In this document: positions 1-9,024 of the stretch, piece after piece
Numbering within the stretch: position 1 is the first letter of the stretch
Layout: each line of letters begins with the position of its first letter
Assembly (NCBI GenBank): GCA_963678315.1
Contig: OY782781.1
Span: 832,001-896,000 of the forward strand
Length of the DNA stretch: 64,000 nucleotides
Direction of reading: 5' to 3'
DNA from: Candidatus Cloacimonadales bacterium
Lineage (GTDB): Bacteria > Cloacimonadota > Cloacimonadia > Cloacimonadales > JAFGVF01
The notes under the pieces: model-generated
Seen by the model: only the letters and a program-made list of their open reading frames with translations
What the model was told of the DNA's origin: nothing
Databases searched by the model: none
Position numbers and translations under genes: made by a program

Positions 1-1443
1 GATTTAGATAGTAAAACCATGAATGAATACGGTATTTCTTCTGAAAAACTAATGGAAACAGCAGGTTATACTTCCTATTTAAAGATGGTTAAATATCTTG
101 ATGCTAGTAAAGGAAGAGTATTAGTCCTGTGTGGGCATGGTAATAATGGGGGAGATGGTTTTGTAATAGCAAGATGGCTAGATAAAGTGGCTTTTGATGT
201 GAAGATATTATTCAAAGGTTCTAAAGCAAATATGTCTCCTGAAACTTTAGATAATTATAAGTTATGTATAAAAGCAGGGATTGAAATAATAGAATTAAAT
301 CAAGAGTCTTTGCATAAAGAACTTGAAGGAAGAACTCAGGCTATTGTAGATGCTCTTCTAGGAATTGGTTTTTCAGGTGAGTTAAAGGGAGATTTAGCAG
401 GTTGTATTAGCCAAATTAATGAACAAGATGCTATCAGAATTGCTATTGATATTCCTACTGGTCTAGATGCAGATAATGGCATAAGTAAGCTTGCTTTTAA
501 GGCTGATTATACTTACACAATGGCTTCAATAAAAAGAGGTATGATAATCAATGATGGCCTTCTTTACTGTGGTAAAATCGAAGTGATAGATATTGGTATA
601 CCTAATAAGTTTTATTATAATAGTAATGAGCAATATGCAGAGCTTAAAGAAGAACTAGACTTGCCTAAAAGAAGAATTAATTCTCATAAGGGTGACTATG
701 GTAGAGCTCTAATTATTGCAGGTTCTAAAGCTTTTACAGGTGCTGCTATTCTTGCTAGTAGGTCATGTGTTAGAATTGGAGCAGGATTAATTAAACTTCT
801 TCATCAACCTGGTTTAGAGAGTATTTTTGAGACTTCATTACTAGAAGTTATGACATCAAGTTACGATACTAGCAGATTTGGAGAAATGCTGGAAAGTTCA
901 GATGTAGTATTGATTGGTCCTGGATTAGGGATAAACCCAAGTAGTCAAAGCCTGTTAGAAAGAGTAATTCAGGAATACTCCGGGAGGCTAATAATTGATG
1001 CAGATGGACTTACTCTATTAAGTAGAAATATGGCTATTCTCAATAAAGCAAAATGTCAGATTCTTTTAACTCCACACTTAGGAGAATTTGCTAGATTAAA
1101 CTCAAGTTCAATTTCTGAAGTAAAAAAAGATGTTCTCGGCTATGGCCAAGAGCTAGTTAGCAAATATAAAATTTCTATTTTAATAAAAAGTTCCACTACA
1201 GTGTGCCTAAATCAAGAAAAGTGTGCCTATATAGTTAGTGGGAACGATGGTTTATCTACAGGTGGTTCTGGAGATGTTCTCGCTGGAATTATTACAGGTC
1301 TGTGTTCTCAAGGAATGGAACTTTGGGATTCTGCTGTGAATGCTTCTTTCTATTTAGGAAAACTAGCTGAGAAGATTGCTGGAGAGAGAGCTACATATTC
1401 AATTATTCCAAGTGACTTGATTGATCATATTGGACATATCTAG
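1..1443 (+). CDS. nnr: Bifunctional NAD(P)H-hydrate epimerase/dehydratase (YjeF), 5'-truncated by the window edge
   Basis: GxGNNGGDG, DALLGIG, DIPTG, HKGDYG, IIDADG, LTPHLGE and GGSGDVLAG motifs; the frame is open from base 1 (DLDSKTM), so the true start is probably upstream. Confidence 0.92.
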   Translation, partial: DLDSKTMNEYGISSEKLMETAGYTSYLKMVKYLDASKGRVLVLCGHGNNGGDGFVIARWLDKVAFDVKILFKGSKANMSPETLDNYKLCIKAGIEIIELNQESLHKELEGRTQAIVDALLGIGFSGELKGDLAGCISQINEQDAIRIAIDIPTGLDADNGISKLAFKADYTYTMASIKRGMIINDGLLYCGKIEVIDIGIPNKFYYNSNEQYAELKEELDLPKRRINSHKGDYGRALIIAGSKAFTGAAILASRSCVRIGAGLIKLLHQPGLESIFETSLLEVMTSSYDTSRFGEMLESSDVVLIGPGLGINPSSQSLLERVIQEYSGRLIIDADGLTLLSRNMAILNKAKCQILLTPHLGEFARLNSSSISEVKKDVLGYGQELVSKYKISILIKSSTTVCLNQEKCAYIVSGNDGLSTGGSGDVLAGIITGLCSQGMELWDSAVNASFYLGKLAEKIAGERATYSIIPSDLIDHIGHI

Positions 1444-1522
1444 GAGTGTAAGCATCAGCTTACGAAAGATGATGTTAGGATTGTAAGCTTCAGTCTTGGC
1501 CTGTCCCGGTCTTAGCTTACGA
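1443..1522. repeat. Two family-A REP-like palindromes
   Basis: ggagtgtaagcatcagcttac and ggattgtaagcttcagtcttggcctgtcccggtcttagcttac match modules of the 14.5-17.2 kb array. Confidence 0.8.
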
Positions 1523-1566
1523 AAAAGCACTCAAAGATGAATGATTACTATTAGATAGGAGGTTAG

Positions 1567-3186
1567 ATGGTTAGTAGACTGTGGGGAAAGCTTTTAATTA
1601 TGACAATTTTCGGTATGTGCTTCGTCAATTTTGTTGGGGCAGATGTAATAATAAATGAAGTAATGTATGATGCTGTAGCTTCTGATGAAGGGCAGGAATG
1701 GATTGAATTGTACAATAATAGCAATCAAGATGTCTGTTTAGAGAATTGGAGAATAGAGTCTGGAGGTACTTCTTATGCTACAACTTTTGTCTTTCCCAGA
1801 ATAACGATTAGATCTAAAGCCTTCTTTTTAATAAGCGAAGACTTTAATTCTGGAGCAAATTTGATAACTTCTCTTGACTTCCAAAATGCTGGAGGAGCAA
1901 CAGATGCAATAAGAATAGTTTCTTCGAGTGGTCAATATAAGGATACAGTTCTATATGGAAGTCCTAATTCTAACGATCTACAAGGAGATATTGAAGGACA
2001 AGAATCATTAGATGAGGTAACAGCTGGAAACTCATTAGCAAGGCTGTATGATGGCCTAGATAGTAATCAAACAAGTGATTGGACGGAGTGTTTATATCCC
2101 ACTCCTGGTTATAGTAATATTGTTATTCCTCAAGTTACTATTGAGGATGTTAAAATTGAGTATGATAGCGGATCAACAAAGATATCCACACTTATCCGCA
2201 ACTTATCCACATGCTGTGTGAATAACTCTAGTATAATTCTTAAAATTACTGTTAATGGAGAGTTAGAAGATGAAAATAGTGTATGTGAAATTTTGCCTGA
2301 TAGCCTTGTAATTGTATGTACAGTAATAAATAAAGAATTGATAAATGGCGATTGTTTAGAGGTTGAGATTTATTCACAAGATGAAATAGATATTGTGGAT
2401 AACTTGTGGACAGAGTGGATAAGTATTCAATCTTTGGAGTGCATACTTAGTGAGGTGATGTTTAAACCACTTGCCAATAATTCAGAATGGATAGAAATAT
2501 TTCTACAAAATAAAGTTGAAGATGTTCAAGTAGGGATTGAAGATGCTTCTGGAAACTCAATGGAGGTAAGTTTTAGTGGTGAAAGTGGAGAATATATTGT
2601 TTTTGCAGAAAATAAGACTGAACTTTGTGGTCAATTCCCATTAATTGATTCTAGCCTAGTAGTAGAGCCAAGTACTTGGGTGCAATTAAACAATTCAGGA
2701 GATCAAGTCATACTCAAGTTTGCAGGTACAGTTGTAGATTCTGTTGCTTTTAACAGCAGTTCAACAAAGCAAGGGTATTCTTGGGAAAAGAATTTCGAAT
2801 CAGGGCTATGGCAAGAACATCAGTCTTCTTTTGGAGGAAGTCCAACAGAAGCTTTTTCAACAGTGATTATAGATGATGACAGTGACTTTGGTGTTGCCAT
2901 TGTCAGTAATTTAATATCAACAAGAAAAAGCAGTATATTCCAAGTAAATTACAATTCTCCAACTTTCATTGAGAAAATAGAGCTATTAATATATGATTTG
3001 AGGGGCAAACAAAGAGCTAGGATAATAGAAGATGATATTGGCAATAATTCAGGAGAATTTAGTTGGGATGGAAAATTAAAAGGTAAAAGTTTAGCCAAAG
3101 GGATATACCCTTGCAAGCTAAAGATTTTAAATGCAAATAATAATTTTTTGATTGACAAGCAAGTACTAATAAGTATTAATGAATAA
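1567..3186 (+). CDS. Secreted lamin-tail-domain protein with C-terminal FlgD-Ig/T9SS-like domain
   Basis: Signal peptide; two LTD-type motifs (VIINEVMY..EWIELYN, ILSEVMF..EWIEI); C-terminal IYDLRG..WDG..GIY. Confidence 0.75.
   Translation: MVSRLWGKLLIMTIFGMCFVNFVGADVIINEVMYDAVASDEGQEWIELYNNSNQDVCLENWRIESGGTSYATTFVFPRITIRSKAFFLISEDFNSGANLITSLDFQNAGGATDAIRIVSSSGQYKDTVLYGSPNSNDLQGDIEGQESLDEVTAGNSLARLYDGLDSNQTSDWTECLYPTPGYSNIVIPQVTIEDVKIEYDSGSTKISTLIRNLSTCCVNNSSIILKITVNGELEDENSVCEILPDSLVIVCTVINKELINGDCLEVEIYSQDEIDIVDNLWTEWISIQSLECILSEVMFKPLANNSEWIEIFLQNKVEDVQVGIEDASGNSMEVSFSGESGEYIVFAENKTELCGQFPLIDSSLVVEPSTWVQLNNSGDQVILKFAGTVVDSVAFNSSSTKQGYSWEKNFESGLWQEHQSSFGGSPTEAFSTVIIDDDSDFGVAIVSNLISTRKSSIFQVNYNSPTFIEKIELLIYDLRGKQRARIIEDDIGNNSGEFSWDGKLKGKSLAKGIYPCKLKILNANNNFLIDKQVLISINE
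2182..2422. promoter_or_regulatory. Cluster of DnaA boxes inside a CDS
   Basis: Four TTWTNCACA matches (2203 +, 2217 -, 2370 +, 2394 -) and four near matches (2182, 2192, 2405, 2414). Confidence 0.7.
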
Positions 3187-3299
3187 AAAAATTGACAATT
3201 ATCGTCTTCTAGAATACTTGACATGATAAAGGAGTTAAGAATATGATTTTAATAGTGTTTAATTTTATAAGTGAACTAAAGGAAAATATTATTCATAGT

Positions 3300-3338
3300 T
3301 AGCATTTACTGATGAAAAAGTAAGTGCTATTTTTTTTT
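3300..3338 (+). terminator. Intrinsic terminator-like hairpin immediately upstream of nadC
   Basis: tagcatttact/agtaagtgcta 11-bp stem with one G-U pair, followed by T9. Confidence 0.65.
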
Positions 3339-3360
3339 GACTCTAATAGGTGGTAAAATG

Positions 3361-4185
3361 ATGGATTTAAAAGAAATTGTGAGACTGAGTTTGGCTGAAG
3401 ATATAGGTACTGGTGATATTTCTACCGAGTATTTAGATTTAGCTAGAAGGATAACAAGCGCAGTAATAGTTGCTAAAGAAGATGGTGTAATAGCTGGACT
3501 AGATGTCTTTGCTGAAGTATTTTATCAAGTCGATCCTTCGGTAAAAATCACATTCTATAAGAAAGATGGTGATTTTGTAGCTAACAAAGAAGAGATTGCA
3601 ATTATTGAAGGTGATCCATCATCAATTCTTAAAAGTGAAAGGGTGGCATTAAACTTCATTCAACGAATGAGTGGTATTGCAACCAAGACCAGGGAAATGG
3701 TCAATGCAATTAAAGGAACTGGGGCAAAATTACTTGATACAAGAAAAACAACTCCCTTGTTAAGACAGTTAGAAAAATATGCAGTAAAGACAGGCGGAGC
3801 TTATAACCATAGATTTGGCTTGTATGATATGATAATGATGAAAGAAAATCATATTAGATCTGCAGGGTCAATAACTAATGCTGTAGAAACAATCAAGAAA
3901 CACAACTGTTCTTATAAAATTGAAGTTGAAGTGACAAATTTAGATGAGCTCAAAGAAGCTGTCGCTGCAAAAGTAGATAGAGTAATGTTGGATAATATGT
4001 CTATAGAGGACATGACTACGGCTGTAAAAGATTATAAGGGTCAAGTAGAGTTAGAGGCTTCAGGGAATGTAACAATGAATTCAATAAGAGCAATAGCTGA
4101 AACTGGAGTAGATTTTATTTCTAGTGGAGCATTGACTCATTCATATAAATCGTTAGATATTAGCTTATTGTTTAGGGAGTATTAA
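3361..4185 (+). CDS. nadC: Nicotinate-nucleotide diphosphorylase (quinolinate phosphoribosyltransferase)
   Basis: ED..GD.ST, ERVALN, DTRKTTP, HRFGLYD, KENH, EVEV, MLDN and EASG motifs; RBS aggtgg before the ATG ATG pair. Confidence 0.95.
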   Translation: MDLKEIVRLSLAEDIGTGDISTEYLDLARRITSAVIVAKEDGVIAGLDVFAEVFYQVDPSVKITFYKKDGDFVANKEEIAIIEGDPSSILKSERVALNFIQRMSGIATKTREMVNAIKGTGAKLLDTRKTTPLLRQLEKYAVKTGGAYNHRFGLYDMIMMKENHIRSAGSITNAVETIKKHNCSYKIEVEVTNLDELKEAVAAKVDRVMLDNMSIEDMTTAVKDYKGQVELEASGNVTMNSIRAIAETGVDFISSGALTHSYKSLDISLLFREY

Positions 4186-4189
4186 GAAG

Positions 4190-4900
4190 ATGATTAATAA
4201 AGTTAAAAGTTTAATTGAAATGCAGAGTTTTGATGACAAGATTGCGGATAAAGAAAAGCTAAAAAAAGAATTACCAAAAAGATTACAAGGACTTCTAGAT
4301 TCTGTTAATGAGGCAAAATTAGCAGTAGAAGAAGTTGAAGAAGAGAAGAAACAAGTAGTACTTAATCAAAAGGATCGTGAGCTTGAAATAAAGCAAAATA
4401 AAGAGAAGATGCTTAAGTATGAAGAACAACTTACTTCAATTAAAACCAATAAAGAGTATAAAGCTTTAAACAGTGAAATTGCATCATTAAATACACAGAA
4501 TTCTGAGCATGAATCAGAAATTCTATCATTAATGGAACAAGAAAATCAGTGTAAAGCTATGATATTAGATAGAACAAAAGTTCTTGATGAGAAAAAAGCT
4601 GAACTAAAAGCTCAAGAGGATGATTTAAAAGAAGAAATAGCTGGTTTAGATGGCGAAATCGATGCTTTAAAACTACAAAGAAATGAAATTGCTAAAACTT
4701 TACCAAATAATGTAGTAAAACAATATAAGAGATTAATTATTAACAGAAACAGAAAAGCTGTTGCATTTGAATCTGAAGGTGCATGTTCAGCGTGTGGCTT
4801 CAAAGTTAGACCTCAAGTTATCGTGGAATTAGATAAGCTCAATAAACTAAATTTCTGTGATAACTGTGGAAGATTTCTTGTTAAAAAACCTCTTCACTAA
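4190..4900 (+). CDS. Coiled-coil protein with C-terminal C4 zinc ribbon (DUF164-type)
   Basis: Long coiled coil with NKEYKAL..EI, then CSAC…CDNCGR; this family is often found next to rnpB. Confidence 0.85.
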   Translation: MINKVKSLIEMQSFDDKIADKEKLKKELPKRLQGLLDSVNEAKLAVEEVEEEKKQVVLNQKDRELEIKQNKEKMLKYEEQLTSIKTNKEYKALNSEIASLNTQNSEHESEILSLMEQENQCKAMILDRTKVLDEKKAELKAQEDDLKEEIAGLDGEIDALKLQRNEIAKTLPNNVVKQYKRLIINRNRKAVAFESEGACSACGFKVRPQVIVELDKLNKLNFCDNCGRFLVKKPLH

Positions 4901-4945
4901 GGTATTGAAATAAATTCTTGATACAAGCAATAAACTAATTTAATT

Positions 4946-5333
4946 GCTATAAGAAGATAAAATGTCTGCCTGTTAATTCAGGAGGAAAGTCCGGACACCA
5001 TAGGGTAGGATGCTTCTTAACGAGAAGTCTTGGTGACAAGAAGATAGCTCCACAGAAACAAACCGCTTGAATACCGAAAGGTTGAACAAGTAAGGGTGAA
5101 AAGGTAGTGTAAGAGACTACCAGCTACTTTGGTGACAAGGTAGGCTAGGAATGCCTCATCTGGTGCAATGCCAAATAGGAGAGCTAGGAGTGACCCGCTC
5201 CGTTAACTCTCGGGTAGGCAGCTTAAGTCGGCTTTTATAGGTATTATTACGTGGCAACACTCGACTTAGATGAATAGACATTATGCTACTTATTAGGTAG
5301 TAGACAGAATTCGGCTTAATATCTTCTTATAGC
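4946..5333 (+). ncRNA. rnpB: RNase P RNA (bacterial, type A-like)
   Basis: GAGGAAAGTCCGG near the 5' end, AGGGTGAAAAGGT..GTAAGAG, ACAGAATTCGGCTTA near the 3' end; P1 gctataagaagata/tatcttcttatagc. Confidence 0.95.
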
Positions 5334-5425
5334 GAATTTGCGTATAATTAAAACTAAAGAACACTAACAATAAGCAAATTAATTTTTTAAAAGACAAGTA
5401 AACAGATCAATTAGTAGGTTAATTA

Positions 5426-6478
5426 ATGGATAATATATTTTCAGGTTTTCTAATTAAGAGAAAACCTATTTCGAAGATTGTCACAGTAGATGATATTAAT
5501 AACAGAAATCCGATAACAATTTCTAACAACATGATTAAGAAGTATAAGCTTGAACATGGATTGAGGATTACTGTTACGTTCAAAAATAACAAGGGCAAGA
5601 AAGTTGTGGAGTCTATAGTCTCAATTTGTGGACATGAGCCAGAGCATTATTTGGAAAGACGTCAGTTAAATGATTTAACTGTAATCAATCCAGAGACTAA
5701 GTTTGAATTCAACAAGAGTGAAAAGACATCACTGCGCATAATCGATAGATTTGCACCAATAGGAAAAGGTTCAAGAAGTTTAGTTGTGGCTCCACCCAGA
5801 GCAGGTAAAACAACTTTATTAAAAGACTTAACTAAAGAGATTACTTCTACACATCCTGAAATTCTAACCATAGCTTTGTTAGTTGATGAAAGACCTGAAG
5901 AAATTACTGATTTCAGACGTGATACTGATGCTGTAGTCTTAGCAAGTAGCAATGATCAGAATATTGGAGCACATGTTTTTATAACATCCTTGGCCATGAG
6001 TATTGCTAAGAATGAGCTTGAGTGTGGGAATGATGTTGTATTCTTGGTGGATAGCCTTACTCGGATTGGACGTGTCTATAACCTTAACCATAAAGGGAAA
6101 GGAAAGGTTATGAGTGGAGGAATCTCAGCAGGATCTTTAGAGATTCCGAGAAGATTCTTTGGCTTGGCAAGAAATGTTGAGAATGGTGGTTCTTTAACCA
6201 TTATAGCAACTATCCTTGTTGATACAGGTTCAAGAATGGACCAATTAATCTTCGAAGAATTCAAAGGAACAGGCAACTGCGACATTATTCTTGATAGAGA
6301 GATTGCTGAAAATAGGGTTTATCCTGCTATCGATATTCTTAAAAGTGGAACAAGAAAAGATGAACTTTTCTATGATTTCGCTGAATTTGAGGAGATAAAC
6401 GACCAACGTAGACAACTCTTGCGTTTAGATAAAATTACTGCAATAAAGAAAGCTATAGAAATGTATGGAGATGAATAG
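5426..6478 (+). CDS. rho: Transcription termination factor Rho-like protein, short and divergent (350 aa)
   Basis: APPRAGKT P-loop, [49 protein letters not shown]-terminal RNA-binding region reduced. Confidence 0.85.
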   Translation: MDNIFSGFLIKRKPISKIVTVDDINNRNPITISNNMIKKYKLEHGLRITVTFKNNKGKKVVESIVSICGHEPEHYLERRQLNDLTVINPETKFEFNKSEKTSLRIIDRFAPIGKGSRSLVVAPPRAGKTTLLKDLTKEITSTHPEILTIALLVDERPEEITDFRRDTDAVVLASSNDQNIGAHVFITSLAMSIAKNELECGNDVVFLVDSLTRIGRVYNLNHKGKGKVMSGGISAGSLEIPRRFFGLARNVENGGSLTIIATILVDTGSRMDQLIFEEFKGTGNCDIILDREIAENRVYPAIDILKSGTRKDELFYDFAEFEEINDQRRQLLRLDKITAIKKAIEMYGDE

Positions 6479-6480
6479 AT

Positions 6481-6957
6481 ATGAGTAATAATTATACTAA
6501 AGACTTCATTGTAACTTGGGATGAGTTTCATCGTGATGCCAAGGCATTAGCCTGGAAACTTCTTAACATTAAAGAGTTTAAAGGGGTAGTATGTATTACC
6601 AGAGGTGGGATGACTGCTTCCCAAATTATTGCTAGAGAACTTGAAATTAGGATGATAGAGACCTTTTGTATATCTACTTATGATGATCAAACTATTGGAG
6701 AACCTCAAATACTTAGAAAGCCGGAAGGTGATGGCCAAGGTTTGTTGGTGATTGATGATTTAGTGGATACAGGTACTACCATAAAACTAGTGAAAGAATA
6801 TTTGCCTAAAGCTTATATTGCAACTGTTTATGCTAAGCCAGAAGGCAAAAGATTAGTTGATACATTTATTACTGAGGTAAGCCAAGATACATGGATTAGA
6901 CTTCCTTGGGATACTGAATTAAACTATTCAACACCACTGATTCATAGAAAGAAATAA
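6481..6957 (+). CDS. gpt: Xanthine-guanine phosphoribosyltransferase
   Basis: VTWDEFHRDA, TRGG, LVIDDLVDTGTT PRPP loop, SQDTWIRLPWD. Confidence 0.92.
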   Translation: MSNNYTKDFIVTWDEFHRDAKALAWKLLNIKEFKGVVCITRGGMTASQIIARELEIRMIETFCISTYDDQTIGEPQILRKPEGDGQGLLVIDDLVDTGTTIKLVKEYLPKAYIATVYAKPEGKRLVDTFITEVSQDTWIRLPWDTELNYSTPLIHRKK

Positions 6958-6962
6958 GGTTT

Positions 6963-7892
6963 ATGGACAAGCATCTTCTTAATGCTTATAAAAGAATTCT
7001 TGACTTAGCTGAAAACCAGAAGCTAACAATCGAATCAGAGAAGCAAATTCCTTATGGTGTAAAGCTTGATTTTACTGATGGTATTAGCTCTTCTTCTTTG
7101 AATATTTACTACAGCGAGAAGAAAAAGCGTACCTCAATCACTGTATCTAAGAAGAAGAGTTCAGTAACTGCTAAGTTAGAACGACTTGCTCTTTTGTTCA
7201 CTGAGCCAGATCTTCTTGTAACTGAACCTGATTTGCATAACTGGTCTAGTTGGATAGGTAGTGATGAGTCTGGTAAAGGAGACTTCTTTGGTCCACTGGT
7301 AGCAACTGCTTTTTACTGTAATACAAGCGATGTTGCTAAATTAAGAGAGCTTGGGGTTAAGGATAGCAAAGAGCTTAAAGATTCTCAGATTGCTATGATT
7401 GCTAAAGATGTAAGGCGATTGTATCCTAATAATTTTAAGCAGATAGTCTTGGTTCCTAAGAAGTACAATGAACTCTATACAAACTTCAAGAACTCAAATA
7501 AGAACTTAAATCATCTTTTAGCATGGATGCATTCAAAAGTAATCGCAGACTTAGCTCGAGTTTTTAATCCTCAAGGTATAATTGTAGATAAGTTTGCTAA
7601 TCCAAGCTTGGTTAACTACTATTTGGGTAATGAGAAAGTAAGCTATTTTGATGTTCTCCACATTACCAAAGGAGAAAGGGATGTTGCCGTTGCTACAGCC
7701 TCAATACTTGCTCGTGATAAGTTCAATCGAGGGATGGAGTATTATTCTGAACAGTTTGGGATGAAGATTCCTAAAGGTGGAGGGAAGAACACACTTATAG
7801 CAGGTAAAGAATTTATCGAGAAGTTTGGTGTAGGGAAGTTAGAGGATGTTTGTAAGATGCACTTTGTGAATTATAAGAAGATTACAACATAG
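6963..7892 (+). CDS. rnhC: Ribonuclease HIII
   Basis: IGSDESGKGDFFGP, GVKDSK, VATASILAR and K.HF.N motifs with an N-terminal extension. Confidence 0.9.
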   Translation: MDKHLLNAYKRILDLAENQKLTIESEKQIPYGVKLDFTDGISSSSLNIYYSEKKKRTSITVSKKKSSVTAKLERLALLFTEPDLLVTEPDLHNWSSWIGSDESGKGDFFGPLVATAFYCNTSDVAKLRELGVKDSKELKDSQIAMIAKDVRRLYPNNFKQIVLVPKKYNELYTNFKNSNKNLNHLLAWMHSKVIADLARVFNPQGIIVDKFANPSLVNYYLGNEKVSYFDVLHITKGERDVAVATASILARDKFNRGMEYYSEQFGMKIPKGGGKNTLIAGKEFIEKFGVGKLEDVCKMHFVNYKKITT

Positions 7893-7913
7893 CAATATTG
7901 TTAATATATAAAG

Positions 7914-8182
7914 AGAGACTTTTATTGAGTCTCTCAGACTTTTGAGAAAAGAATTAATCAAAAGAGTAGATTGGTTAACATTAATTCAGTGTAATTTGAG
8001 ATTCGACATATCTTAGCTAAATCTTTAGCACTCGAAGTATAATAATCAGTCTTTGCCTGACACAGTACTATCCTTCGACTAAAGCTTTAACTAATCTATT
8101 GTCGATTTATTTTTGTAAAAATAAAGCAAAAACAAAGAGCCCTGACTTTGCCAAGGCTCTCAGAGACTTTTATTGAGTCTCT
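7914..8182. mobile_element. MITE-like 227-bp insert (7935-8161) flanked by a 21-bp direct duplication of a terminator hairpin
   Basis: agagacttttattgagtctct is exact at 7914-7934 and 8162-8182; ends are imperfect inverted repeats; the right end recurs at about 24338-24397. Confidence 0.65.
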
Positions 8183-8208
8183 CTTTTTGCATATATCGAA
8201 TAAAAAAA

Positions 8209-8895
8209 TTATTGATTAATAATTAGTTCTGCTTCTTCTTTATCGCTTGAGTAGGTAAAGGCATCAAGTATTTGATAGTTATTTTTAGTATCAACACAGC
8301 CAGGATAAGAAATTCTAAGCACATTAAGTTGGTCATCTGAGAAATTCCATAAGCCAATTAATCTAACGATTTGACTAACATTGAAGTTGTGATTTGCTTT
8401 AGCAGTTCTAATCACTCTTAATTTATCATCATCAAAGCTTTCAGATTCTATTCTAGACACTAAATTATTAAAATCACTAGAAGACATAGCAGCTGCTATT
8501 TCTTCAACTTCCACTTCTTCTTCAACAACTTGTGGTGTAGTTGTAGTTGACCCTTCATTGATGTTAATATTTATGTTAGATGTTGATGTTGTACTTGAAG
8601 TTTCTACATTCCCATCTGTAGAAATCTCAGCTAATAATTCATAAATATTATCCACTAACTTGTCTGCTCTTTTTCCATCAAGTTTACTTAACTTTCCTTT
8701 ATAGAGCTTTTGTAGTTTTTCTAAGTTTGTCACTATCTCATTGATTACATCATCAGAAGCTTTTAAGTCTTGGTCAGTATCTTCAATACCTGTAACAGTC
8801 ATGGAAACTCCATTCTCTGAGGCATCAAAAGAAAAGCCTTGAGCAGAGACAAGTGTAATCCCAATTACCATCAACAAAACTAAAAATCTTTTCAT
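8209..8895 (-). CDS. Secreted DUF4476-domain protein
   Basis: Signal peptide MKRFLVLL…; C-terminal MSSSDFNNL…SFDDDKL…FSDDQL…FTYSSDK pattern; start moved to the ATG after a GGAG RBS. Confidence 0.75.
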   Translation of the reverse strand: MKRFLVLLMVIGITLVSAQGFSFDASENGVSMTVTGIEDTDQDLKASDDVINEIVTNLEKLQKLYKGKLSKLDGKRADKLVDNIYELLAEISTDGNVETSSTTSTSNINININEGSTTTTPQVVEEEVEVEEIAAAMSSSDFNNLVSRIESESFDDDKLRVIRTAKANHNFNVSQIVRLIGLWNFSDDQLNVLRISYPGCVDTKNNYQILDAFTYSSDKEEAELIINQ

Positions 8896-8970
8896 ATATA
8901 TCTCCCATTTGTTTAATAAAGTCAAATATATTAAAGATTGCTAAAAGTAGTCAATAGAATTGTTAGATTG

Positions 8971-8999
8971 AAAAAAGAGTGCTGAATTTCAGCACTCTT
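8971..8999 (-). terminator. Intrinsic terminator of the rnf operon
   Basis: aagagtgctgaa/ttcagcactctt stem with A6 on the + strand (U-tract on -). Confidence 0.75.
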
Positions 9000-9024
9000 A
9001 TTTATATACATTAAATATTATATT

